A stretch of 64,000 nt of DNA from Chrysomallon squamiferum. Taxonomy: Eukaryota > Animalia > Mollusca. The notes under the pieces were generated by a model. That model was given only the letters and a program-made list of their open reading frames with translations. It did no database searches and had not been told where the DNA came from. A program made the position numbers and the translations under genes. The stretch covers positions 12,710,001-12,774,000 of the forward strand of contig CM022669.1 of assembly GCA_012295275.1 (NCBI GenBank), in the 5' to 3' direction. Below are positions 42,434 to 55,960 of the stretch, one piece after another; within the stretch, counting starts at the first letter, position 1; every line of letters starts with the position of its first letter.

Positions 42434-42692
42434 TTTATTTGTGTTGAGATTAAGATGATCCGAGATTAATTCGAGGAATACATGTGATGGTGGCTGTTTG
42501 TAATTGAAAAAGGAAGAGTATTTCTGTAAGTAATGATACAGAAATCACAGATCAAAGGGCCTGCAGGCGATGTTTGCATTATTACAAACACGATCAATGG
42601 CCACTGTGCTATGAGAATTCCAATATCTCTTGTTCTCTCGAGATAACTGTTGATAATGGCACTGTGAAGTCATGTTCGAACGTTTTTCTGTT

Positions 42693-43116
42693 TTAGTAGT
42701 AGTAGCTGCAGTAGCAATAGTGATAGCAGGAACAGTAGTAGCAGTAGTAAAAACAGTAGTAGTAGTAGTAATATTAGTAGTGGCAGAAATTGTAGTAGTA
42801 GAGGTAATAATAATAGTGATAGTAGGAGTAGTAGTAATAGCAGCAGCAAAACTAGACAGGGAGTGGTAGTGGTGGTAGTGGTAGTGGTGGTAGTGGTAGT
42901 AGTAGTAGTAATAGTAGTATTAGAAGTAATAGTAGTATTGGTAGTGGTTGTGGTGGTCGTTTTAGTAGTAATAGTGATAGTAGCAGCAGTTGTGGTACTG
43001 GAAGTAGTAAATAGTGATAATTGTAATAATATCAGTAGTAGTATAGTATAGTGCAGTATACTACTACTACTACTACCACTACTTCTAACTTAATAAAACT
43101 ACTACTACTACTACGA

Positions 43117-43174
<58 letters not shown>

Positions 43175-43175
43175 G
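42693..43175. repeat. (TAG)n-like tract abutting a (CTA)n tract (strand-switched trinucleotide repeat)
   Basis: TAG-rich to ~43050, CTA-rich from ~43060. Confidence 0.9.
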
Positions 43176-43466
43176 TTTTAAATTAGTCCTCCAGATCCTA
43201 ATTACATTCATGAACAACTGTTAGTGAATATAAGATCAAAATAAAAATAACATGAAAAAAATACGTACTGATCAAGCAGAATAAACGTTTCGTATTCTAA
43301 GAAACACATTAGATGGTACATATCATTTCATTATCTGGTAAATGAAATATAAACTGTTGACTGAAATTGTTGATCTAAAAAATTTCTGATCAATAACAAC
43401 CCAACATCATACACAGGGATTCGGTGTTAGTAGAAACCATAAGCATGAAAGAATCAGCGATGCTTG

Positions 43467-43498
<32 letters not shown>

Positions 43499-43644
43499 CG
43501 GGAAACATATTTTTGTTAAATTCATTATTTATGTATTTCTCAGAAACAGACCTACTGGGAAGTGGCTTGTGAATTCGTGCATTCGTGGTAAAAAAAAAAA
43601 CCGCAAAAATATGTCAAAACCATCATCATTATATATATTTTAAA

Positions 43645-43794
<150 letters not shown>

Positions 43795-43928
43795 TAATAC
43801 CTGTAAAAAAAATATCCTTTTCATTCTCTTTCATTCACTCTCTTTCTTTCTCTTTCTCATTTTATACTTAATATTATTCTTTGCTTATTTCCATTATTTC
43901 AGATTATCTTTACACTATTGGTAATTAA

Positions 43929-44002
<74 letters not shown>

Positions 44003-44649
44003 TAATAAAAATTAAAAAAAAAAAAAAATTCAAATTCAAAATATTAAAATGAAAACAACAACAAAAAAACAAAAAAAATGAAAAGAAAGAAAGAAACACA
44101 CGGAAATACGGCTACTGATGAAACAGACATACCCAAGCAAATACACCCAAAATGAAAAATAGTTTTAAAAAAAATAATAATAAATAAAAGAACTAGGATA
44201 ATTTAGAAAAAGGATGAAAGAGAACAGAAAATTTGTAAATTTTATCTTATTACATTAAATCGTTACAAAGTGGAATTACTGATCATTACAAAAAGTTATT
44301 CTCCAGAGTTTATCTGTTTGTTTTCATTGTTTTATATTTCATTACAACTTGGGGAATTCGTCAGATTCTCTTCGTTCTTTTCAAGTTATTTATTTGCCTG
44401 CAAAATGAAAGTGAGAGTTTATATTTTATTTGCTTTATATCGCTCTGTAATTTTTCTTGTTTTTAAAACGATTATTGTTTTCAGACCAACAAAGCGAATC
44501 AATGTTCCGGTTAAGCTTGAAAGCGAACAGAAGACACGAGTGTATTAATTATATATGTTTTTTTCAAGGATGATCAAAGGCAGAAATTAGGTAAGGTTTT
44601 GAAAATGTAATGACGGTAGAGACAAGTATGTAACAAAGAAATGAAAAAT

Positions 44650-45070
44650 ACATACATAAATACGCACACGCACGCACACACACGCACAAACACACACACA
44701 TATACATACGTACGTACATACATACATACATACATATATACATACATACATACATACACTCATACATACATACATACACACACATACATACATACATACA
44801 TACACACATACATACACACATACATACATACATATATACATATATACATACATACATACATACATACATACATACATACATACATACATACATACATACA
44901 CACATACATACACACATATATATATATATATACACACATACATATATATATACATATATACATACATACATACATACACACACATACATACATATACATA
45001 CATACATACATACATACATACATACATACATACATACATACATACATACATACATACATACATACATACA

Positions 45071-45104
<34 letters not shown>

Positions 45105-45124
45105 CATACACACACACACACACA
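44650..45124. repeat. (TACA)n / (CA)n compound repeat, ~470 bp
   Basis: Direct reading. Source of the MYVC/HTYI ORFs in the track. Confidence 0.97.
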
Positions 45125-45699
45125 CGTATCGATGGACTGATTGAAAGAAAGATAACTACCGACAGAGAAGACGAAGATAGACTATTTGTTAGATAAACAG
45201 ATGGACTGATCTTTGAAAAACGAAAAAAAAAAAAATTAATAAAAATAAATAAAAATAAAAATTAACACATTTCAGCAATTGTATAATTTTTGTCAAGTTA
45301 AGAACTTGTTTTAAAAAAAATCGAATAAGAAAACAAGAGGGAAAAAACCCCCAGGTTTAACAAAAAGGGAAAGTAGAAAGAATGAATTTAGAGAAAAAAA
45401 ACAGTTAGGAAAAAGGAAGATAAAATAACAAAATTTAAAAAAGAAAGAAAAAAGGAGTCAGTTATTGATCAAGGTGTGTTCAGACTGTTTTAGTGGTGTG
45501 CGAGAGGGATTCACTGAGGCTCTCAGAGCAAATCAACTTTACTGATGTAATAAAAAAACAAATTAATAATGTAAAACAGAACGTGATTAGTCATAATTAC
45601 ATCTTAGACATGCCGAAAAGATCGGCTTCAATATTTGCTGTACTAATATATGATATATATCATTATACACTCATTCATTTGTATATACGCACATATACA

Positions 45700-45789
<90 letters not shown>

Positions 45790-46195
45790 TGTCTCAGCAA
45801 TAACAGATAATAATACCATTATCACCTCAAATCAACTGTAATGACATCAACAGCATCAACAACGACAATAATAATTAAAAAAACCTTCTACCACATGACA
45901 ACTACTACTTCCACTACAACTGCTTCATTCACTAATATTACGCAAAAACTAATATTAAGATTACTGTTACCAATAATGCAATTTAATTTCCTAAAAGTTA
46001 ATTATTTTCTTTAAAAAATTATAGCAGTAAGTAATTATTTTTTTTTTAAATATTTAAATAATAATAAAAAAATAAAAATAAAAAATAAAAATAAAATAAT
46101 TCTGCTGTAGTTATCATGGTTTATTTATTTGCTTTTATATATATTATTTGCAATAGGGAGAATAATTGATACAACTATAATAAAGAATGAAAAGG

Positions 46196-46229
<34 letters not shown>

Positions 46230-46344
46230 AAAAGAAAAATGGAAAAGAGTATCCAAAAAAATTTAACAAAATAATTTCAAGTTTTTGGAATATTATTATC
46301 TTTGGCCTTGTAATAATTAATGGTTCTTTTCGCTTTTGAATTGA

Positions 46345-46378
<34 letters not shown>

Positions 46379-46479
46379 TTATTATTATCCAAGCCGGTGG
46401 ATACTATTCAACTGTGCGTCACGCACAACGGTTCATGAACGCGCGTGTCACATAAAGCAAATCACACGAGAATAGCCTC

Positions 46480-47250
46480 ATGTTTTATGCACATATAATT
46501 TGCATAATGTAGAGGACATTTACTTATACTTTGTTACGGCTGATCTGATTTTCTGGTTATGTGTGCATACCATTTTCTTTTGTATTGCACTATTAGGACG
46601 AAATGACATTAATGATATTTAAATGAGATCGTTGACAAAACGGTTTCCCACTCTCATCCCTGTTTTAAAATTCAGTAATAATGATGATAAGTTGTGTAAA
46701 AGAAGCTGACGAAAGTTCTTGATCGTATCAAGCTGTTTTTGTTTGAAATTCAAATCATTTTAGTTACTGAGAATATGATTTATTTATGTTTGTAAAATGT
46801 AGATATATATATTTTTAAATGCAATATTGATAAAGCATTTATCAAACACTAGCTAAAGTGTGATTTGTACTTCTTTCGTTTTTGGCCTCGAATGTGTCTT
46901 TTCTGCATGGCATGCTGGTTTTTGAGCTGGAAAATATCCATATATTTTATATTAAAATTTGATTCCTCTATATAGCTACTTACTTCCACATGATATCATT
47001 GTTTTGATCCTTTAATATCAGTAACTGTGTCTGAATTTTACTTTGTATTTGATTGTTTCTAATATTTTCTAACATTATTCTAGTATATTACATCTCCTTC
47101 TGGATTTTACATATTATTATTGCAGATTTTGGGAAACTCAACACTAAAAGTTACATGTTTATTATTTAGCCGTTGATTCTCACTAATTTATTTTCTGCTT
47201 CATTCTAGTATAGCTTACTGTTTCTTATTTCAACTTCAGGTATCAATTTC
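46480..47250 (-). mobile_element. Heavily decayed non-LTR retrotransposon (LINE) reverse-transcriptase fragment
   Basis: With frameshifts, the minus strand shows RT landmarks in the correct order: IPEVEIRN...NKLVRING (cf. ITEEEI..NKAPGIDG), KGSK...SY-RGI (cf. KG....NYRGI), NHTLASV-DK (cf. DHIFTL..LIDK), gct-t-gat-acg-atc (cf. AFDTI), GMRVGN-LSTISF..IN (cf. GVRQG..LSP.LF..IND) and C..HYANYMCI (cf. C.LYADD..) at ~46495-46506. Many stops. Confidence 0.65.
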
Positions 47251-47805
47251 ATTTTTTTAACTTTGTTTCGTGGATGTTCTAATTTTCATCATCACTAATT
47301 ATTTTCAAAATGTTTCATGTCTATACCGACTTCAGACATTTTTTTTTAATTTTCTTTTTTTAATTTTGTTTTTTTATACGTCTCAATGCACAAAAATATT
47401 TCCTATAATTAATTAATGTCTACAGTCAGTGCAGTGTTTTCTCCGGGGAGGAACTGAAACTAAGAGACTACTAAAATATGCACAGTTAATGATCTGAACT
47501 TAATCTAACGCATATATCAAAATGTGACCTTATATATTTGCTGAAATGTCTTCCTTTTACACACGCAAAAACACACATAATATCGTGTCATTTTTGCAGG
47601 CGTAATTATCATTGTTGGGCAAAAACTTCACAATGTTGTTTTATTTTCTGCCAGTTAATACATTTTCATTATATATATATATATTATCTAATATATGCAT
47701 TCGTTTTCATTATATATTTTTGGTTAAAAATTTTATTATCCAATATATTCAAAAACAATTTTTTCCCTCAAATTTCATTATAAATTAGATGTTCTTGAAA
47801 GAAGC

Positions 47806-47832
47806 ATATATATATATATATATATCAAATAA

Positions 47833-47918
<86 letters not shown>

Positions 47919-47931
47919 AATAAATAAATAA
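47806..47931. repeat. (TA)n tracts, duplicated as (TA)n-CAAATAAATAAA twice
   Basis: (AT)n at 47806-47825 and 47838-47915, each followed by caaataaataaa. Confidence 0.95.
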
Positions 47932-48545
47932 ATTATAGTACATTGTTGAATTTGCCTTTAGAATCTGTCATTTACTCTACTGCAGTATTTTCTTGTAATA
48001 ATATCTACATTCTAGTACACACAGAACTCGAATCTTAGGCACCAGCAGGACATAGTTTACAGCAGAGTGCAGGAAGCTATTTACAGTTAATTGTGTTAAC
48101 CTGTTAGCTGGGTCTGTAACCTTCTTTTTCTTGTAGCGATCCTACGTTAAATCCAGTATTGGTCCCAAATGTACAATAAAAGTGAAATATGCAGTCGAGT
48201 TTTAAGCGCTTATAAATATGCAGCTCTTACAGAACCCCTCCCGATGCGGGCGCTGCCACCCAAATTTAGAATCACTGGAAGAGCGTATTTGTTACTAAAA
48301 CATCTAAATTATGGACTAACCCGTTTAGAGATTGTAGATTTACATTTGTTCGTGCTTGAACCAAATTGATTTTGAGCAAAGCTATGTTTTGATAAGAATA
48401 TAGATAAAAATCGTACAACAGACTTATGCGATTAAGTCGCTGGGCTTTTGTCTGTCACACACTGCAAACGCAAGAATCTACGAGCATTGTCCAAAATTAC
48501 GATTCGCAGTCGTGACTCAGACTAAAGACCGTGTAGATAATGAAA

Positions 48546-48716
48546 GAGGAAATCTGCTCTAGATCGTCTTTGATCTACACTTTTTTGAGAGCAGCAAATG
48601 ATATTTATTTTGAATGCACATTCCCCCACAGGGAGGATATCTATTCTAGATCGTCTATGGTCTACACTTTTTTGAGAGCAGCAAACGATATTTATTTTGA
48701 ATGCACCTTCCCATAG
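48546..48716. repeat. Tandem duplication, period 87 bp, two copies
   Basis: tctagatcgtct(t/a)tg(a/g)tctacacttttttgagagcagcaaa(t/c)gatatttattttgaatgcac(a/c)ttccc in copies starting at 48546 and 48633. Confidence 0.95.
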
Positions 48717-49615
48717 ACCGGAAAAAGGACGGTCTTTGATGAATCTGTCTGGATGGAACGACAAATATAACAATCGATTCTCTGACGTGCACAGTTATAT
48801 AGTTCACTCATTAGTATTTTATTCGTTAAAAAAAAAAAAAATAATAATAACAATTACTGTTTTTTATTCATGAGCTTGAAAATATAAACTACTGGACATT
48901 AACAAATATATTTACATATCAGTATGAATACAACGGAAATAAAACTGTTTTATATATATAATTCATTTTCTTTAAATTGTTTTTTAACGACACACAGACA
49001 ACATTAAAAGAGAGTAGAAAAAAAAAATAATAAATGGCATCTTTCAACCTTGAACAAGGATTTCAGCGAGAAAGACATCACAAGCTCGTACTATTTCGTG
49101 GACAAAACTAAGGAATACTCCAGAAACGTATCTTGCGCATAATCGCTACGACGACGTCTTAGAAGTGGAAACTTTTTAGCACCAGTTTCAACCCATACTC
49201 ATCAAGTTAATGGCTGGAAACAATATTCATAATTACCGCTAACACCGAACTGTCTCGGTCTCTAACCCTTTGGAGCAATTTGATGGTCAAGACTAAAGGG
49301 AACGTAGACAGAGCAAAGTGTTTGTGGCAAACACGGTTTGAAATATTGCCGTGTTTGTCTGCGGCATCAAATTTCCAGTCATTATCGTTCTGAAAATGGC
49401 GGTTCACGAACGAGATGGACGTTTTCCATAAGTGTATTGATATTACTGCTGATCAGTGCCCGGAAAGAAGTGTGGCAGTTATTGATATAAAAAAAAAAAA
49501 AAAAAAAAAAAATACATATATAAATGTTAAAAAAAATATATATATATATATAAAAACATTTTTAAAAACATAAATAATAAAAAATAAATAATAATGATTA
49601 AAAATAAAGTATCAG

Positions 49616-49677
<62 letters not shown>

Positions 49678-51301
49678 AAGAAGAAGAACAACAACAACAA
49701 TAATAACAAAAATAAATAAATAAAAGAAAATATACAACTTAAATCAAAAAAGATTAAAAAAATAAAGATTAAAAATATATATATATATTAAAATAGCTGA
49801 TATAAAACAACTTGAGTAGCTTCATTTGCTGACAAAAAAAAAAAAAAAAAAAAGAAAAGAATTGTCTCTTAGTTATCTTTAAAACCGTACAAAAGATTTT
49901 CATAGACACTGCACTGTTATATTGGTTTATTATGTTCGGAAATGCCTTCACTCTATCCGTCCATAAATCATTTTTTACATAACTAGTCATATATGTAAAA
50001 ACACGTAAAATGGCACATATTATTACTGTTATTATTTTTATTATTTTACACTCAACACTCAAGACTGGGCCCTGTATCCTCCGTATAAAACTTAATAAAG
50101 GTAATCAAAATATGAGACTATTTTTCTCTGCCTACGTCTAACAAATCAACGCCTACGATTCCGTAATCAAAGACAAGATTATATTAAGTTTCGCTTATAG
50201 ACTACCATCACGTCTTTTCGTCATAACAGAATCAAAACAGCGTAGATATATCTGGTCTGAGACAAAAATATATATCTGCATAAATAAAATTAAAACGAAA
50301 CGCTGACAGCGAAAGTTAAAATGGAAGACAGATCTAACGCAAAAACGTCACAGACCCAGCTAACTAGTTAACAAAATAAACTGCAAATAGCTTCCTGTAC
50401 TCTGAGTTACAGACTTTACAGCTAACAACATGCTGCAAAACACTTCAGTTCCACTTTTAGTGCTAATTTATACTCTATATTAAGTACTGGTTATTAGCTT
50501 TATCATTTTTATCTGGCCCCGTAGTCTCATCTTTTTTGTGCCCTTGAAAAAAACAACTGATGAATTTAAGCCAAAATAATTACATTGTTTTGTAAGGAAC
50601 GATAATATACGCGTGTACATGCGCACGTAGATATATACCTAAACGCACGAACACACACTCTATCTCTGTTATTTTGTTATTTTAATGATTAATAATAATT
50701 TTGCTTAGGTTCCTCTCCTAAGAATGTGTTATTTTATATCATTTAAACTGATAAATAAATAATAGATAGTTTAATAAAGCCGACTCCTAAAGCACTACCA
50801 TTTGCTTATTTCTGTGTCTATAGGTAAGAAGATAAGCAGTATTATTAATAATTATTAAATTAACAAAACAACAGAGAGAAAACAAATATATTTCTACAGG
50901 AGATAACGTTAAATTCACAATATTTACGAGAATATAATAACAAGAATAATGATAACAACGACCACAACGCCAACGACAACAATAAATTACGACTGCTTCC
51001 TGTACTGACAGAAACGTTGATGTTCATTCACAAACAACTCTCTTTTCGCTATGAAGATTCGACCGTTTCTTAACCATACAGTACTGAAATCTGGATCGAT
51101 GCCTAAGACAATGTTAGTGTTAGTGTGTTAGAGAGAATAGAGACTGCAGTGGTTTTTTTTACAGTACCAATTATTTCTTGATACACTTTGGTATGTGAGT
51201 AATAATATTCGAATACGTATTAGTCGCTATTAAATGCTACTGATTAGATTCTTAAATATTTTGTAGTGTTCATTTAATTTAAAAATCTCTCTGTCATTAT
51301 C

Positions 51302-51336
<35 letters not shown>

Positions 51337-52599
51337 ATCCGTCTACTTATCTATCTATGGTTTTTATCTCTCTTTCTTCTTCGTTCTCTCTTTTTCTTCC
51401 TCTTTCTCTTTCTTCCTCTCCTCTCTCTTTCTTTCTCTTTCGGTATATCTTTTTCTTCATTTCTCTCTTTCTCATCTCGTAAACATACACGCACACGCAC
51501 ATCACACACATACACACATACGCACATACACGCACACACACACATACGCACACGCACACACTCGCTCTCACACACACATACACACACTAGAACAATGAAC
51601 ACATTTTGAATGGTACCCAACTACTTTTTCTTCTCTCTTTCTTTATTTTCTTATTCTTTTACCTTTACTTTTTCATTTATTTATTTTTATTTTATTTAAT
51701 TTGTTATTATTCTTTTTCTTTTTCTTTTTTATTCCTGTAAAAGAAATAAATCTCGCTGTTACAAACACTGTGTGACAATTAATTTTTTACAACCTTTTAA
51801 CTTTTTTTATTCTCAGTTTATCCTAATTTTATTTTCTTATGCTAACTTTATGATCTGTTAAAATTAAATTATTTGCGATTCTCGTTTTTAGTTTGTAGCT
51901 GTTGTAATCTTATTTAACGACACGTACTCGAATTACAAACTTGACTTGGTTTAAAAAATGTAATGTGTTGCAAGCAAACATTTTTAAAAAGCTACAGTAT
52001 GAAGGTGCAGATAATCATACAATAATAATTAAGTGTAACTTCCTAAATTCCCTCTTTTACTTTTTTTTGTTGCTTTCTTTCGTTTTAATAATATTGTTGA
52101 TTCAGTTTCAGAAAAATAAATGAATAAATAAATAAAATTAAAAAAAAGAAAAAGAAAGAAAGAAAGAAATAAAAATAAAAAAGAAATAAAAAAAAAAAGA
52201 AATAAAAAACCCAAATAAAAAAACAAATAAAATAAATAAATAAATAAATAAATAACAGTAAAAAAAATAATAAGTAAGTAAATAAATAAGTATGTAAGTA
52301 AATAAGTAGGTGAATAAACAAATAGTTATTTGACTCATTACTCGACGCATACGTTACACGGAACACACGCACACACACACGTGCACAAGCATGCACTCAC
52401 ACATTCACACATACACTCGTGACGTAGACAGGCAGTTGATACGAAAACACACATCGCACGTTTTTCAGACATTTCGCACATACATAAGCTATAATCTGTG
52501 TATCTAATACATTTTTATTATAAAAAGGTTTATAAATAACGCTACAATCTCACATATCGACTTGTTTCATAATTACATATTTATGGACGTCTAACTAAA

Positions 52600-53450
52600 G
52601 CCCGACTGTCAAGCACTGTTTACTGGCTCTGTTCAGTCAAATATTGTTTTTCACAAAACCCTTTGACACCGGCCGGCCAATAAATTCTGATTGTCATTCT
52701 CCAGCATGTCCCGAAATAAGTTTTTAATTAATCAAACCTGAACACATGCAGACCCTTCCATGTCACAAGTGTCAGTACTCTAACCTCTCCATCTGTCGGC
52801 TAGATTGGGGACGCGCTAATGAAGCCGGCAACACCCTTCAAACAATGATCGCTGGAAAAGATGCATCGATATTCATTGTGCTCGGCGCTGGAGAGCTGGA
52901 ACGCACTTGATTGTCCAGCCGACAGACAGAAGAAGAGGGACAGGAGAGATAATCTCTCGGTGAGAATTAATAATACATTGATTCCTGCGCGCGATTTCTT
53001 GTCTCTTCTTGCCTTCCCCGTTTCAGGAAAGGTGCTCCGGACAATTCTCCGTGTGTGGGGGGCAGGTCTTATCGATCCGTTCGTTACTTTCCGCCTTCCG
53101 CCGTCGCAGTTCGGTGTAGAGAACTGTTACAGCCCAGAGATCGTGGTTGTGTGTTGATGTTATCGGCAGACTGCGCGAGGCTGCTGTGTTTAAAGAACGG
53201 GGTTTTCACTACAGCCGAGTGCTGGGCCATACCGCGACTTTTATTTTCAAGCCGTTGCGTGATTCGTTCTAAATTAACGAGAAGATAGATTTGCGACGAT
53301 TTCTTCCTTCCTACTCGGAGAAAACAAACCCAGTCACGCAAGAGAAGTTCTGATAGGCGTGCTGTGCTGCTTTTGGCTTGAAAGTTTATCCCAAAGATTT
53401 CTCTTAATTATGTTTGGAGTACGCTGCCTTGTCGCATTGCTTCATTTATT
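52600..53450. promoter_or_regulatory. Largest GC/CpG-rich non-coding island, candidate enhancer or promoter
   Basis: ~850 bp of complex sequence with Sox-like (aacaatg, cattgtg), TCF-like (cctttga), posterior Hox/Cdx-like (ccaataaa), taatta and tgtca motifs. Overlapping short ORFs have no recognisable domain. Confidence 0.45.
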
Positions 53451-53881
53451 ATGAAAGTTTGCTGGATTTTTTGTTTGTTTATTTTCTCCTCGTATCTTAT
53501 GGATGGATAAAACTTTTTTTTTTCTTGGTGTATGTTGTGTGTGTGAAAAAAAAAAGATAAAGATATCAGAAGCTAAGTGAATCACTTGCCATTGAGAAGT
53601 TCGAACACGCCAGGTTTGTTTTTAATTTCAGCGATTTTTTGTTTATGTTATGTATGTCTTACTTATATCGTGTTTATTTACCAATCTTTAGGTGTGTTGT
53701 TGTATCCTCTAACTTGTTTTCATTTTGTTCCGTACACGAGCGCCGTAACACAAAGCTTGGTTTTTGTTTGAAACTTACAGAAGTTACTTGTACGTAGTAA
53801 CAGAAAACACATATATAGAACCTACAATTAAAATATTTGGATATAAGACTTTTTAAAGTAAACAATATTTTAGTTAACGAA

Positions 53882-53977
53882 TTCTTCTTCTCTTTCTTCT
53901 TCTTCTTCTTCTTCTTCTTCTTCTTCTTCTTCTTCTTCTTCTTCTTCTTCTTCTTCTTCTTCTCCTTCTTCTTCTTC
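53882..53977. repeat. (TTC)n trinucleotide repeat
   Basis: Direct reading. Confidence 0.96.
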
Positions 53978-54436
53978 TATTTGTCTACTTATTATTATTC
54001 GAGTTGTTATTGGTGTTTTGTTGCAGTTCTTGGCGTCGTTGTCGTTGCTGTTATTATTACATGCAAAACATTTCATATCACTTCATTGCCCGTGTACCCA
54101 GAAAGAACCTGAACAACTTTTGCTAAAAAAAAAATATATATATTTTTATAATAATTTAAAATAGGTAAAAGTTTCGGATGAAAAGTGAATGATAGAAAAT
54201 TAAATTAAAATGTATCGATTAAATTTAATTTAATTAAAACATAGTGAAAAACAATAGTATATAAATTTACAAATCTAATCAATGAAAATGCATGCTGGTT
54301 GGTCTAAGTTTAATAAATTAAATTTAATTGTCATTAATAATAATATACTCTTATTTTCAAAATAAAGAAAACATATTTTCAATTTAAGAACACATTAACT
54401 TCTGATTTAATTTTCAGTTTTTGATCCTATTACGTT

Positions 54437-54503
54437 ATCCATCCATCCATCCATCCATCCATCCATCCATCCATCCATCCATCCATCCATCCATCCATCC
54501 ATC
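54437..54503. repeat. (ATCC)n tetranucleotide repeat
   Basis: Direct reading. Confidence 0.96.
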
Positions 54504-55539
54504 TATTCACACAGCTATGTGTTACGTAAGCTTCTTAAACACTAATTTAAAAAAAATAAAAAATAAATGTATAATGTAAATTGAAGGGAAATAATTTATC
54601 AGTGTTGATTTTAATAAAGGTTAATTATAAGGGTTATCGATCTTAACAGAACATTAAGTAATGTAGCGCTATAAACCAATACAATGATGAACAATTTATT
54701 AACCTTCATTGCCGATCATTAAAAGATTTTTTCAATAAAACTGATAATATGATTAAAATCTTCTCATGCGTAGTTATCTAGGTTTAACTGTTACACACCT
54801 ATATACCTACATCAGCGCGCGCACACACACATGCATGATTTTTTCTTCGTCTTCTTCTTCTTCTTCTTCTTCTTATTATTATTTCATTCGTGTGAAATAA
54901 TTAAATCTGCTTTATGGATGTAATTATTTATTCTTTATAGATCAAACGCTGAGAGGAGTTATTTCTGTACATTAAGGTAAGAGAATAAAAATAATCAGTA
55001 AAATATATTTAAAACAAAGGAGGAAAAAATTAAATATACATATTTGGTATAACGTAAATGATATATATAAAAAATTGATTTTGTGATTTTTGATTTCGTT
55101 TTACTTAAATATCATAATTGCTAATTAACTTAAATTAAATACATTATCTAGTTAGTCGTATATAATTACAAGACTTTTTATTATTATTATTTTTTTTTTA
55201 AATATTTTATAATATTATCGGTCCACTATCGTAATTTTCAAACACGGTCTGTAGCACCTTTTGATAAAGACACGCAAAACTTACATCGAGTTATTTATGC
55301 ACTGCGGGTACGCTGTTCTTCACTGAATATGAAACGCTTCGCTCCAGTTCCTATATTTATCAATACATATTTTATGTGCAGCCGATATAGGGCACAACAT
55401 CTGTGTCTTGCTAGTAATTAATTTTAATAATAGAAACAACGCATGTTTGCGGTAAGTCGTTAAGACCATTGTTTCACAGTTATTGTGAACCTGCGTTATT
55501 TACACTGATTACTCCATCTGTTGATTAATATTTCATATT

Positions 55540-55960
55540 CCGTTACTGCTGATTATTGTTCTTGCTGCTACTGCTGTTACTGCTGCTGCAACTGCTATTC
55601 AATAAGTACTACTACTACTACAGCTACTACTACAACTACTGCTACTGCTGCTACGGTTATTATTACTGCTGCTGATTTACTGTTACTACTATTACTCCTA
55701 CTACTACTACTGCTTCTACCATTGCTGAGGCTGCTAAAACCACTACTACTATTACTTATTCCACCACCACCACAACTACTACTGCTGTTGTTACTACCAC
55801 CTCTACCATTTCTACTATTTCTACTACTGCCACTGCTATCACCAATACCATAACCATAACCACCACTACTATTGCTGCTTTTGGTATTACCATTGTTACA
55901 GTTATTGTTATTACTACCACTATTACTACTACTATAACGACTACTATTATTACTACGACA
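55540..55960. repeat. Cryptic (CTA/CTG)n low-complexity region
   Basis: Direct reading. Confidence 0.9.

Noticed and set aside
50064-50525. Harbinger-like MITE (gggccctgtat ... tatctggcccc)
   Set aside because: The putative TIRs match too poorly and no target-site duplication is evident.
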